From Antedon mediterranea (taxonomy: Eukaryota; Animalia; Echinodermata): 64,000 nucleotides of DNA. The notes under the pieces are model-generated. The model worked only from the letters and a program-made list of their open reading frames with translations, made no database searches and had not been told where the DNA came from. The stretch spans positions 12,834,001 to 12,898,000 of the forward strand of contig NC_092674.1 in assembly GCF_964355755.1 (NCBI RefSeq), in the 5' to 3' direction. Of this stretch, positions 13,803 to 27,400 are shown one piece after another; the first letter of the stretch is position 1, and each line of letters starts with the position of its first letter. The position numbers and the translations under genes were made by a program.

Positions 13803-15040
13803 ATAGTTGTCCCACTACACAAATACAAGGACCGGGAAAACCCAGCAAACTATCGCCCAATTACTCTATTATCCATTTTTTTGTTAAAATATTAGAAAGA
13901 GGTTGGGGAGAATAAGATAATGGGTAGAAATAAAACAAATTATATCAGAGGAACAGGCGGGCTTTAGGAATAAGTATAGTACGATTGATAATGCTTTTAT
14001 ACTATAATCAATAAAGCATTACAAAAAAAGGGGAAAACGCTATAGTGTGTTTGTAGATTTTAAACAGGCCTTTGATCGTGTGGATAGATCAATTTTAATA
14101 AATTAGATAAGTTAAACCTTCTTGTAAACTCAATTGAACACTTGATATCTATGTACACGAACACTGAAATAAAAATGAAAACGCTGCATGGTTTAACAGA
14201 TGCAATATAATGTAGTATAGGATTAAAGCAAGGATTTCTCCTCTCTCCACTTCTTTTCACTCTTTTTATATGATTTTAAAGACATTTTACAGAGGGAAAA
14301 AAACCACTACTGTTTAATAGATAACAATGTAATTTCACACTTATTATTTGGAGATGATCTAGTTTTGTTTTCTTATTCTAAAGTTGGTCTACAAAAGCAA
14401 ATACATTGTCTTGTAAAATATTGCAATGTAAATAAGTTAGAAATAAATAAGTTAAAAACTAAAGCTTATGGTGTTCCGAAATGGTGGGGATGAAAAATGG
14501 TACATAAATGATGTCAATATAGAAATAGTAAAAGAATATAAATATTTAGGTTTTTGTTTTAATAATAAAGTGGATTGGAACACGATGAAAATTAAAAAGG
14601 CGGAAAATCACGCTTCACATTATCGTGCCATAATCTGTTGATTGAAAAGGGGCGACATTTAAAAAATAACCGAGAGTCTAGAATATGCATGTTTTGTGAT
14701 CAATTAAGTTTAGAAGATGAAAAAAATTTTCTTTTTTACTGTCCTTTTATAAAAACATTAGAAAAAAATATATGTCTGATTTAAATTTATACATGTTAAA
14801 AAATATGTTTATAAACTATGAAACCAAAAAAATTAAGTCTTTGCAACCTATTTATGTAAAGCTTATGAAAAGAGAAAAACCTGTATTTCCGAAAATAATA
14901 TAGATTTTTATATATTTATATTTTCCTATATGTCATTTTTCATTGAGATTTCTATTTTTATATCTTAAAATTGTAACAAAATATGTTAAGCGCTTTGATC
15001 AACTATATCGCTATATAAGCATTTATTATTAATTATTATC
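13803..15040 (+). pseudogene. Heavily degraded non-LTR retrotransposon RT fragment
   Basis: NPANYRPITLLS, EEQAGFR, FVDFKQAFD, GLKQG..LSPLLF and LLFGDDL motifs broken by frameshifts; (TAT)n-like tail. Confidence 0.8.
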
Positions 15041-15603
15041 ACCTTCTAGGTCGTGTCCACAGATGGTTCTCAAATACACAGTAATTCAGCGTAAAAAATC
15101 TGGCGATTTTAAATGTACTTACCGAAGGACTATAAATACATTGTCGTTTTCCGAAACGAGTAAATAGACACGATGATCAATGTAGTTAACTAAAATTAAC
15201 ACCCATGGAATTAGGCTTACTTCCGAAGGAGAAACTTGTCTTAAAAATGAGTCCAAGTTTTTATTTTAACTCATTTAAACAAACCCAATTTGTGTTTTGT
15301 ATATAGCATTAGAGTTGAGGGATGGGGAAGAGGATGGGAAGATCAATTTTTAAACAAATTCTTTATCCACTCAGTAACGAAAAATAGTTTTAAATGTTTT
15401 ATAGGCCTATCAATAATATACCACTAAACAAAGTAAAACATTTACGATTTAATACTTTTTTAAAACTGTCCCTTTTATAGTCGATTGAAATAGTAAACGA
15501 CGACGTTTATATTTGGGTAATAAATGGGTAATACGTATTTACAATATTGCTAAAGTATTGTAATACTATATCTCATACATTTACTTACAAATTGGGAGTC
15601 TGA

Positions 15604-16679
15604 GGCCCTGTTCAGACCCATGGCGTTAGACCGTTTTAGCGTACAACGTTACTATCAAGGTCACGTTACAAACCGCAGAGAAAAAAACGAGGTGTTCAGA
15701 CCCATAGCGTACGATTATCGTTACAACGGAAGTACGTCATCCAAGTTGTTTCTAGTTGCATATTCATGTGCTCTTACCCACGTGTTTTCATCATTATTTC
15801 CACTGTATACAGGCCTAGATCTCAGCCCTACAATTATGACAAAATTTGCCGTAAATAAAACATACCTCAGCATTTATTTAAGAAAAATATAGTAAAGCCA
15901 AATTTCTGTTTCTATTGTTTTTATTTTGTAGTAAAAAACATTTTCCCCAGGCTCTTGTGTTACGAAAATAAAGCAGGCCTCGTAATGATGAAGAAAAAAA
16001 TGATTGTGATTAGTCTATCCAGTCCAGTCAAAGATTATATATTCTTTGGTCCAGTCGGTTGAAAATAACCCTTAACTTGCTAATAAAAGGGAAACAGCTC
16101 CCCTTGTTTGTTTACTGATTTTTTTAGGAGTTAGGGGATTTTCAGCATTAAACTTGTCCAGTCTAGTCTGCCTTGTATGAATGAGTGACTTGATGTCCCA
16201 GGCTAGTTTTTAGCTTGAATGAAATGCGTGAATGGCTCTAGGCCTAGCTAGGCCTAAAAGCGGATGGGATCGTAGTCCCTATGTTTAAATACAAGGTGCA
16301 TGTATTTATGTCATTTGTTAGAAAATATAATGGTAATCAGTTGATAATAGTTTGTAGCCTTTGTAACAGTTGTATTTGTAGTGTAGTTAGGCCTTATTTA
16401 TTCTGGCCTTTTTGTTATTGAAATCCATCTCACACATTGACGATACAAGATGTCAGCCTAGGTCAAACCTTGTTTCGCGTCATAACAGGAAACGTTCTGA
16501 TTGGATACAACGTTGACTTACAGTAGCGTCGTACGCTAAAACGGTACTATCAACCGTTTTCCACTACAACGCTACAACCGTTGTACAACGCGTTGTACGC
16601 TAATCCCCAACTGTTCAGACACACATTCTTTTAACGTCGTACGCTAAAACGGTCTAACGCCATGGGTCTGAACAGGGCC
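15604..16679. mobile_element. PIF/Harbinger-type non-autonomous element
   Basis: About 40-bp TIRs GGCCCTGTTCAGACCCATGGCGTTAGACCGTTTTAGCGTAC; 3-bp flanks TGA/TTA. The inverted empty site at about 48185 (ctctcagtc) has a single TGA. Confidence 0.8.
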
Positions 16680-18048
16680 TTAGAGATTGGAATGTTCTAT
16701 TCATCGCAAATCAATACATTTGTATAAACATATATTATTAAATCTAACAAAATAGTATTTTTTTTTAAAGAATTCGGCCTGTCTTCAACATTATGAGACT
16801 GTACTCGAGCTGTTCAACCGGTTTTCAGCTATTAAAGCTCAGGTACAGGCATGAATTTTAAATATAATATCTGGTTAAGTACATAAATGAAATATTTGTA
16901 ACTGAAATCAAGACGAAAAAACATGAATTTCCCTTAAAATGGTCGAATACAAAATATGACAAAATTCTGCCATAAAAACCAGGAAGACTTTTTTTCAGTA
17001 GTTAGGTCTTGATAGATTCGTGACGGAGGCATATTCAAATAAACCAAATTCACTAGAATTTAGTAATGAAGCAAAAGTTTTAGATTCGTCTTAAAAATAT
17101 CATATCATCGCATCCAATCCTATTACTATTGAAAACGAATTGAAACATTTTAACACGCTTTTTATGATGGTCACACACATCGTCAGATCTATGTAATGAG
17201 AAATATACAAACAGTGATGTCGGGGTGGGTGTTTGTGGAAGGCATTTGTTGGTAACATTAATTTCATAATAAAATAAATTCCCCTATATCAAGTACAACA
17301 CTGTATTTCGTATTATCAAGAAGTGAGAACAATAAACAATTGTATGAAAATAATTGTTAAATAGATATAACAGTTAATGAATTATTCAACATAATATAAT
17401 TATAATTGTGTTATAATACAGAATTGTGTGTATAAATATATGTGGGTGGCGTGGCGTTTATTAGAGGGTGGAATTTGAATATTCCAAAGATGTTTTATGG
17501 GGGAGAGGGCGTTGTTGAACCCACAAATGTAAAAACGCCCACAAATGTGAAAACAACCACAAATGTGAAAACGCATCACCCACAAATGTGAAAACAACCA
17601 CAAATGTGAAAACGCATCACCCACAAATGTGAAAACAACCACAAATGTGAAAACGCATCAACCACAAATGTAATAAACAGCGCCCACAAATGTGAAAACG
17701 ATCATCGCCCACAAATGTGATAACGCCCACAAATGTAAAAAAAATGAGAATTTTTCGGCCACAAATGTAAAAAAAAAATCAGATCAAATTTAATGCTAGA
17801 CTCAAACAATTTTGATCGAGGTACTACATTATATCATGATTGTATTGAGTTGTTTCAATAATTGTTTGTTCACGGTACGTCTGTTAGGGTCGTGGTTAAC
17901 GCGTTGGATTATTATAATTTGCTGCTCATGCGCGCGATATTTGCACGTTAACTCGTTTGTTTAATGAACGCGCGCGTGCACCATACTTCAAGGTCAAGGC
18001 CATGTTATATCATTGTTGCTTCTAGTGTGTGGTTGTTGGCTTACTATT

Positions 18049-18203
18049 TGTCATATATGTGGAGGGGTAGGAGGCGATTTACAATAAGCAAACACAACAA
18101 CGTGGTTCGTTTCTAGTCGGCCATGTTACATCCGTGTACTTTTATTCGTGTATCCTTATTAAACATAGAGGGCGGTGTATTAGTAATATACATTATCATG
18201 ACA
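18049..18203 (-). repeat. 3' LTR
   Basis: tgtcatat...catgaca, identical to 23123-23277. Confidence 0.97.
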
Positions 18204-18493
18204 TCTTCCTTACTTTGAGTTCAAAGAACAGAATATTATTAATTATAGTATAAATCATTAAATATTATTAAGTCAGTGGTTGTGCTATATTATTATGCTA
18301 ATTAGTAATAAATGCATTAAAGTATTGATACTGTATTGTTGGTCTTATTTATCGAGACGATAGCATTGTCATTAATAGTCATGAGCCACAGAAACATTAA
18401 CAAATAAACAATGTCCAAAAGTTCAAAATAACAAATTCCATCTTAAACAATAAAGGTGCACAACGTTGCACAACATATTTTGTGTGTAAAAGT

Positions 18494-20219
18494 TCACAAG
18501 TCAAGTTTGTTGACTGACTTCACTCGGCGTCCAGCGCGAGTTGTGTAGCTCTGGTTTGGTTGTGGTGATGCTACGTCGGTTGTAGTGTTGTTTTGATATT
18601 GTTCTAGGTGGGTATCAGTGTGACCTGTGTTTTGCTGTAAGTTTTGACGATTTCTCCTTAGTTGTCCGCTTGCAGTCTGGACAATGTAGGATCTTGGATG
18701 ATCTGTTTCACTTACAACATTTACTGGACTCGACCAAATTTTATCGTGGCATGTCTTAACACGTACAACGTCACCTGGTTCCAATTCTGGTAGTGATTTG
18801 GTCCCGTGTCGTTTATTATAATAGTGCTCGTAACGTTTCTTTGTTTCTCTATCTTTTTCCTTTAATTTGTTTATGCTAGCCATTCTGGTTGAAGCTTCTT
18901 TACTTGTATTGGTAGTGTAGTTTTCGGCTGGCGTCCCATTATCAATTGTGCAGGACTATAGCCTGTTGCTTCAATGGGCGTTGATCGATATATCATAAGT
19001 GCCAACGTTGGGTCTGTTTGTCTTAGCATAGTTTTCGCTGTTTGGACTGCAAGCTCTGCTGTACCATTTGCTTGTGCGAAGTGTGGGCTGGTTGTTACAT
19101 GGTGAAACCCAAATTCTTCTGCAAATAGTTTAAATTGACGTGAAGTGAACTGGGGTCCGTTGTCGGAGATGACCGTTTCAGGGATTCCCCATCTAGCGCA
19201 AACAGTTTTAATCGCTTCTACTACTCTCATGCTTGTTGTGTCTTTTTTAAGGTTTGTGATTTCAATATATCTTGAAAAGTAATCGGATATTATGAGGTAG
19301 TGGTTGTTTTGAAACTCACATAGGTCGGTAGCTATTCGTTGCCAGGGTCGGTCCGGTAGTGGTGTTGTTATTAATGGCTCTTTCTTCTGTGTTCTCTTGT
19401 AGAGTTGACAGTGACTACATTTTTCAACAAAGTTAGCTATGTCCTTGCTGAGGCCATTCCACCAAACACATGATTTTGCCCGCTCTCTACATTTTGTAAC
19501 ACCTTGGTGTCCGTCATGAATTCTCTGTAAGATTTCGCTTCTCATAACAGTGGGGATGTATATCTTGTCATCAAAGGTTATAATTCCATCATCAGTAGAG
19601 AAGTGACTTCCTAAACTATGCAATGGTTTTATGCTATCAGGAGTGTCGCTGAAATGCTTTGGCCATCCTTCCAGTATGACTTTCATGAGCGTTTGGCATT
19701 CACGTTTAGTTGCTTCCTTTATCCGCTTAAGTCTGGATGGAGAGACTGACCAGGTGTTTGTTATTGACTCTAGATAGAGTGCTACAGCTTGCTCTGTGTT
19801 TGATTCATTTGTGTTTATAGGGCTTCTGGACAACGTGTCTGCAATAACCATGTCCTTCCCAGGTACGTGTTTTGCTTTGGGGTTGTATCTCATTAGCCTC
19901 ATGATTAGTCGTTGACATCTTATAGGAATTTTATCAAGATCAGTACTGTTGATGAGTGGGACTAGTGGTTTGTGGTCGGTAAGTAGCTCATATTTTTCTA
20001 GTCCACAGAGATACCGATGAAATCGTTCACTAGCCCATACTGATGCTAATAGTTCCTTTTCTATTTGAGCGTATCTGCGTTCACTCTCGGTCAATGTGCG
20101 AGATGCATATGCTATCACTTTTAATTTGTTTTCCTCTTCTTGCATTAAGACTGCTCCCAGTCCGAAGCTGCTAGCATCTGCTGATACGGTGATTGGTTTA
20201 GTTGAGTCATAATACGTTA
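18494..20219 (-). pseudogene. pol: RNase H-integrase part of pol, with a frameshift near 18880
   Basis: DASSFGLGAVL, TDHKPL, HDGHQG...C..C zinc finger, SDNGPQF, ANGTAE; the C-terminal tail continues in ORF 18494..18883 in another frame. Confidence 0.93.
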
Positions 20220-20914
20220 CTACGCACATTTATTTTACAACACATTAATTTTACCACACATTGACTACGGTGCTCTTCTCTGGGGCACCGGAAGTAAAAC
20301 AAACATTAATAAGATTCAAAAACTTCAAAATCGCGCTATGCGTGTTGTTCTTCAAGCTCCGCCTCGCACCAGCACTCACATTCTTCTAACATCTCTACAC
20401 ATCATGAATGTGTCACAGAGGGTGCAGTACCAGGTAGGCTGCCTAGCTTTTAAAGCCATGAACAATATTGCCCCTCGATACATCACCCAACGATTTTCCA
20501 CTGTTCCGATACACTCTATGAGGACTAGGGCTGCTTCCAGGGGAGACTTACTGGTACCCAAAGTTAAATTGGAATGTTTCCGGCGCTCTTTTATTTATTC
20601 TGCTTGTATTTTATATAATGTATTACCTTCTGTTTTGAAAGAATGTACCAATATTAACTCGTTTAAATTTAATTTTAAAAAACACATTTTATCGTAATTG
20701 TTTAATTGAATTTTTTTTTTTTTTTTTTTTTGGATAATTATTTTTTTATATAATAGTTTTAAATTTAAATGTATATAGTAGATTCGTATTAGATAAGTAT
20801 AGTTTTATATATTTTGTCATTTTTAAGAGGGCCCCTGAATATCAGCTGGCCTGCGGGTTCAGCTGGAAGGGTTACCCTCTATAAATAAAGTTGAAATAAA
20901 ATAAATAAAATAAA
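20220..20914 (+). mobile_element. 5'-truncated CR1/L2-group LINE 3' fragment inserted antisense into pol
   Basis: LILPHIDYG...KIQKLQNRAMR...RRSFIYSA..LYNVLP (ORF 20338..20697), 3' UTR and (AAAT)n tail. Removing it restores pol EAPTLTYYD. Confidence 0.9.
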
Positions 20915-23051
20915 ATGTCGGTGCTTCTGTAATAAGTTTCTTGATTTGCGCAAATGCGTCTTCCTGTACTTGACCCCATGTCCATGCGTTTGAGTCTTTT
21001 AACAATTCTGTCATGGGTCTTGCTACGTCAGATAGATTAGGAATGTAGCGACCCACGTAATTAACCATACCGAGTATACGTCTCAGTTCGCTGACATTTG
21101 TTGGTGACTGAAGATTGCAGATAGCTTTTGTCTTGTTTGGGTCAACGCTTGTGCCTGCTGCGGTGAATTTCTCACCCATGTATATAAGTTCTTGTTTTCG
21201 GATTTGGCACTTGTTTTTATTTAATTTAAGGCCAGCCTCATTAACTAATTTGTAAACTTGCTGTAACCTTTTGTCATGTTCCACCATTGTGCGTCCAGAT
21301 ATTAATATGTCATCTTGCACTACAACAATGCCTTCGACGTTTTGTAGCATGTCCTGCATCTTTCTTTGAAATATTTCGCTGGCACTTGTTATGCCAAAGG
21401 GCAGTCGTCTGAAAAGGTATCGTCCCATTGGTGTTATGAACGTTGTGAGTTTTTAACTCTCTTGGCATAACGGAACCTGATAATAGCCACTAGTTGCATC
21501 TAACGCTGAGAATACTGTGGCGCCCGCCAACTTGTGTGTTATATCATCTATCGTTGGAAGAATATATCTCTCTCTTTGGACGGACTTGTTCAGTTGGCGT
21601 AAATCAACGCATAGACGAGCATCCCCAGACTTTTTTAGAGTTACTGCCATCGGGGCACACCATTCTGTAGGCTCAGTAACCTTTTCAATCACACCGGCTT
21701 CTTCCATTTTCTGTAACTCTTTTTCCACCTTTGGCAGTAGAGGCAATGGTACTCTTCGCGGTGCGTTAATGTGGTACGGGACAGCTCCTTCTTTTAGACG
21801 AATTTTTACCGGTTCAGTTTTCCACAGTCCAATAGTGGTACTATTGATCTCCTGTATGTTAGCAGTAATAAGCCCCATCTTTGACGACGTGCTGCGACTC
21901 AATAGATTACTCATAGTTCCTCTAGTCACATGGATATCAAATGTGTAACTTTCATTGTTATACATTGTTTTGACTGTAAACTTGCCTAGTGACACTAATT
22001 TTGTTGTTAGGCTCTTGAGAATAATGTGTGTTGGAGTTAACTTTGGTTTTGGCTTTAGTTGATTATATGCATGTTCGGATATTATTGTAGCATCAGCTCC
22101 TGAATCAATTTTGAATTTGATCGTAGTGTTTCCAACTTTCAAATTTACTAGCCAAGGCTCCTCATCGTTATCATTACATGTGACAGTATCTAACAAGTAC
22201 TCCTCCTCTTCCTCAACTGGTTCGTTTGTCAATGATAGTTCCCCCACTCCTTTAGTGCGGCAACATTTTGCAAAGTGTCCCTTTTTGTTGCAGCGACGGC
22301 ATTCTGCACTTTTCGCTGGACAGGTTGTACTTTGATGTACATATCCGCCCCGGCCACATTGTTGGGTGTTTCTTCCACCGGTGTGGTTATATTTATAGTT
22401 TGTATTGTCATTACTTATTCTAGGTTCGCTTACCCTAGGTCTGTATCTGCTGGTTTGTCTACCACGTCCTACGCTTGCAATAGCTGCTTCGACTTTGCTG
22501 GATGAGCTAAAATCCAGTTGGTTTGCCATTTGTTTATCAACAAGTTCAGCATTTCTTGCTAATTGTATAGCGCCCTCAAGCGTAAGCTTTGTCATGAGTT
22601 GAAGTTCCTTTGAAACCTTTTTGTCTTTTAGACCAACGACAATTCTATCTCTGATGTTTTCGCTTTTGACCACTGGGCTTTGAAAATCACATTTTTCAGC
22701 CATATCATATAGTTCACGCACGTACTCCTCGACGGTTTCTCCCTCACGTTGCTGTCGTTGGAAGAATTGTGCTCGTTCGTGAATAACGTTTATTTTGGGG
22801 ATAAAATGTTCGTTAAATTTATCTCTTACTTTAATGTAATTTTGTTTGTCCTCATCTTCGGTGAAGGTAAAAGATTTGAAAATGGTTTCAGCCTCCATCC
22901 CCATCGCATATATTAAGGTACTAACTTGTATATCGCCGTCTTCCTTGTGTAGCTTTGTAGCCGTTCGATATCGTTCAAAGCGGAGGCGCCACTCGGGCCA
23001 TGCCGCCGGTTGGGAAAAGTTAAAATTGGCTGGCGCTGCTAATTTCGCCAT
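20915..23051 (-). pseudogene. gag-pol: gag-protease-RT part of the gag-pol polyprotein, with in-frame TAA at 21453-21455
   Basis: Zinc knuckle CRRCNKKGHFAKCC, protease KIDSGAD, RT LCVDLRQLN / LPFG / VQDD; the frame continues through the stop (CQES*KLTTFITPMGRY). Confidence 0.93.
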
Positions 23052-23103
23052 GCCTTGTTTTCTGTATACTCGACGTCTTTCTATGTGTGTCGATAATCAA
23101 AAT

Positions 23104-23122
23104 AATCCCGTCGCTGTCACCA
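23104..23122 (-). promoter_or_regulatory. Primer-binding site, tRNA-Leu-like
   Basis: TGGTGACAGCGACGGGATT directly after the 5' LTR; complementary to a tRNA 3' end (...AATCCCnnCGCTGnCACCA). Leu identity is by resemblance. Confidence 0.75.
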
Positions 23123-23277
23123 TGTCATATATGTGGAGGGGTAGGAGGCGATTTACAATAAGCAAACACAACAACGTGGTTCGTTTCTAGTCGGCCATGT
23201 TACATCCGTGTACTTTTATTCGTGTATCCTTATTAAACATAGAGGGCGGTGTATTAGTAATATACATTATCATGACA
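23123..23277 (-). repeat. 5' LTR
   Basis: Identical to 18049-18203 and immediately followed (minus strand) by the PBS. Confidence 0.97.
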
Positions 23278-26200
23278 CTATTATGTACGTATAGTTATAA
23301 GTCGATGTTCGATGTATTTTTGCGCGTGCACACGATACTAAAAGGTCAAGGTTAAATTGCTACTTGTATGTAGTTATGTGGTTATTAACTCGTTGGCTTA
23401 CTGTTATGTACGTATAGTTCAAGTCGATGCTCGATTCGATGTTTTTGTGCGCGTACACGATACCACAAGGTCAAGTTCATAATAATACTATTGCTACTTG
23501 TGGTTGTTAATTCGTTGGCTTATTGTTATGTTCGTATAGTTCCAAGTCGATGTTCGATTCGATGTTTTTTTGTGCGCGTGCACGATACTACAAAGGTCAT
23601 GACTTGTATACCATTGCTACTCGTGGTGTGTGGTTGTTAACTCGTTGGCTTACTGATATGTACGTATAGTTTCAAGTCGAAGTTTGATGTTTTGCGCGCG
23701 TGCACGATACTACAAGGTCTAGGTTATACAGTGTCGGTGGATGATGTATAACGAAAGTTCTGTGAAATTAGACATTTTGTTGGTAGACAATAATGACAAT
23801 GCTGTAGTTTGTGTTTTTTTTTATTATATTTTGTGCAGTATTAAATTTAAAAGAAGAAGAAGCTGTAAAACCCACAAATTATATAATTTACAATGTATAA
23901 GTTCTATATATTAGGTTCTAACAATAACAAAATATCCTTTCAATATTATTGTAATGACATACCCTAGCTAGTATGTGTAGCCTATACTATATGTATTGAA
24001 GATGCATACGCGCTTTCTATTGTCTATAATCTGATGTCTGTACACACACAGTAGGGATTCCCCAGCAAGATGTCTAAGGCAAGACATCCCGACATTTCCA
24101 CCCCTTGATGTTTTATGCTTGAAACAGAAATTGACACCATTATCAATTCAATGCTTTTATGTGTTTAATTAATTTATATCAGAACTACCTTTTAATTACA
24201 CATAAACATAAAGATTTAAATAAATTTTGTATAAAAATTAAAGATATACTGTATGTGGTGTGTATATATAAATAACAAGGCACATAATAAATTCCAATTT
24301 ATTTTAATGTATTTAGGTGACTAATTGGGTCGAGCTCTGGTCTTGCTTGGTCTTCCTTTCGTTCACTTTTACCTTTGTTATAAAAAATACATAGACAAAC
24401 TAAGGTATTTATATCAATTGTGTATGTATTTTTTTGGTTTAACACAAAGTAATAATTTTCCAGTTGATAAATAAATCTGTTTACGGCGGCGTTTTTTGTA
24501 AGAAATAGTTCTTGTTTAAACCTAAATCTAAACCTAAACTTCTGTAAAATTATGGTGTTTAATAATATAAATTAACATCAATTTTAAAACTGTAGTGATT
24601 ACCGACGAAACTGTAAACACGAAACTGTGTTGGAAGTTTACAGAAGGTGAGGATGTGATTGCAAAAAAAATACATATTATTAAACTATATCGGATAGGAG
24701 TAAACAGAAATTAAGGTACAGTAGCTACTATTTGTGTGCAAATCCGCCTATTGCTCAATATATTTGTGTTGAAAAAAATATTTAAAAGATATACGGAGTA
24801 CAAATCTATCATTATCATAAATTAGTATTATTCTGCTTAATTGTTTATTCTTCATCATTTTAAGAAATGGACAATTTTTAATACTTATTATCTACATAAC
24901 TTGCAAGTTATATCTATTATTTATAAATATGGGACTAATATTATTACCAATCTCCGTGTCAAATATTGAGATAGTTAAGTTGGAGCAGGTGTGTATTAGC
25001 CTTTCAACATCGCGCTTAAAGTTAAATTTTTAATGCATTCAATAGGTAATATTATTCTCCGTATATCTTTATAATTATCCGCTAAAAATAGATATACAAA
25101 TTAAACAATAAGCATCAGATTAAACCACGAATGTAAATAGTAGTATAGTAGGAAGTTTTGTCCATTAGTATAATTGTTATAGATTTCATAGTATGTTTTA
25201 TAGAATACATGTTCGTGACAAGTTTGATACTATCGTATCGTGTATTATGTTTGGTTGGATATTGGTGTTACGGTATTATTCGATGTTACAATTTGTTTAT
25301 CGCTCTAAAATAAAGAAATATTCTTTTATTAGTTGTTCTTGCTCTAGCTCTTGTATTATTATCTTGTGGTTATAGTTTTGTAAAAAAATTGAACATTAGG
25401 AACTACTGCAATAACTGAACGACGAGTATAGCATTGATCTTGTAGTATCGTGTACACCGAGCATCGACTTGGAGCTATAATACGTACATAATACTAATAT
25501 AGTAAGCCCAACTGCACTTCAAGCAGCAATGATATATGACCTTGTAGTATCGTGCACGCGCACAAAAAACATCGAATCGACCATCGACTTGGAACTATAC
25601 GTACATAACAATAAGCCAACGAGTTAACAACCACAAGTAGCAATAGATATGACCTTGACCTTGAGGTATCGTGTACGCGCCCAAAAACATCGAATCGAGC
25701 ATCGACTTGGAACTATACGTACATAACAGTAAGCCAACGAGTTAATAACCACACACTACATACAAGTAGCAATTTAACCTTGACCTTGTTGTATCGTGTG
25801 CGCGCGCAAAAAAAATAACGAACATCGACTTATAACTATACGTACATAATAGTAAGCCAACAACCACACACTAGAAGCAACAATGATATAACATGGCCTT
25901 GACCTTGAAGTATGGTGCACGCGCGCAGCAAATAATAAATTGTCTTGAACTATTACGTTCATTAAACAAACGAGTTAACGTGCAAATATCACGCGCACGA
26001 GCAGCAAATGATAATAATCCAACGTGTTAACGACGACCCTAACAGACGTATCGTGAACAAACAACTCAATACAATCATGATATAATGTTTGTCTGAATCT
26101 AGCATTAAATTTGATCTGATTTTTTTTACATTTGTGGGCGAAAGAGTCTCTCTTTTTTTTTACATTTGTGGGCGTTATCACATTTGTGGGCGATGATCGT

Positions 26201-27400
26201 TTTCACATTTGTGGGCGCTGTTTTCACATTTTTGGTTGATGCGTTTTCACATTTGTGGTTGTTTTCATATTTGTGGGTGATGCGTTTTCACATTTGTGGT
26301 TGTTTTCACATTTGTGGGTGATGCGTTTTCACATTTGTGGTTGTTTTCACATTTGTGGGCGTTTTCACATTTGTGGGTTCAACAGGCGTTCGTATATCGG
26401 GTCTCAACGGCGATAAACGCAGATAGCGCGCAACCTGTTCAAACCTAACATCAACTCAACAACTCGGCTACCATTCAGCTATATCGAGAATTTACCTGAT
26501 TTGAAATACATCTATGATTATGGCTATAATCAGTTCTCCCGATTGAGGCATAGTGTAATTTTTGATATTTAAAATTGATATACTGATTTTAAAATTTACC
26601 CGCAATATAATTCGATGATGTTTTAATATAATTGATTTGTTGATCGTTTTTTTGCACAAACAAAAATGTGATGTGCCCATATATTGACATGATGATGTCA
26701 TATAACTACCATATTTGGGCACACTAATGTTATAGTGTAGACAGCTTGGAATGTTACGCGTGGCCGTAAAAAAGCAAAACGAACATTGGAGGGAAGCAAA
26801 AACTCGAAGTCGCAAAATAGTATTAGTGAAACGCGTAATAACATTGCAGTAATATTTATTAATTCATAAAGTTTATGAAATAATTAAATTTAAAAAATTA
26901 TTACAAAGTGCGACAGACAGTTATTACAACGTGCGACAGCTCGATTACTACAAGTGCGACACAGTACAAACGGGGTTTACAGATAGTAGTTATATGCGAT
27001 GTGTCTTTTTTTAAGACAGTACTTATCAGAAATGGACCCTATTTGTGTCCTTTCTTGAGTTTCGGGATCATTAATTTGAAAATAATATTAAGTTCTGTGG
27101 TGAGATCTTACTTGGAGATTCAGGGCTTTAAATGACCGCGACTTAAAACTGTCTTTGATTTATCTTACTTCCCAATGTCAAGATTAACATTGATGAGGCA
27201 GCGTTGTTCCGAATTACGTGAGGGGTACCGTGCAGTCCTCGACAATACAGTCATCCTCACTACAAAGTAGGCCTAAGTTGGTTCATTTAGGTATGTTATT
27301 ACCGATACGCCCTTTAAAAATTGTAAAATTAGCACTTTGTTTTAATCACACTGAATTATATACTGTAGTACATATTATTATTAATGTTTGTAGCACTTAC

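Larger units (their letters stand above)
18049..23277 (-). mobile_element. Ty3/gypsy (Mag-like) LTR retrotransposon, full length but disabled
   Basis: Identical 155-bp TG...CA LTRs, 5-bp TSD CTATT, PBS, purine tract (aaagtaaggaaga) before the 3' LTR, and gag-PR-RT-RH-IN order. Confidence 0.97.
17513..26384. mobile_element. Ginger-like (TGT...ACA) foldback non-autonomous DNA transposon, copy 1, carrying the LTR element
   Basis: Termini TGTTGAACCCACAAATG / CATTTGTGGGTTCAACA; 5-bp TSD GGCGT. Long inverted arms built from CACAAATGTGAAAAC subrepeats and about 120-bp repeats. Confidence 0.8.

Noticed and set aside
17520-17770. CACAAATGTGAAAAC repeats with short variable gaps, superficially CRISPR-like (also 26130-26380, 50180-50430, 52225-52470, 60980-61130, 62000-62220)
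   Set aside because: The gaps are only a few bases and themselves repeat; the arrays occur as inverted pairs at transposon ends with TSDs; no cas genes; eukaryotic context.
21517-23190. Several plus-strand ORFs within the LTR element
   Set aside because: Antisense to gag-pol, with no independent motifs.
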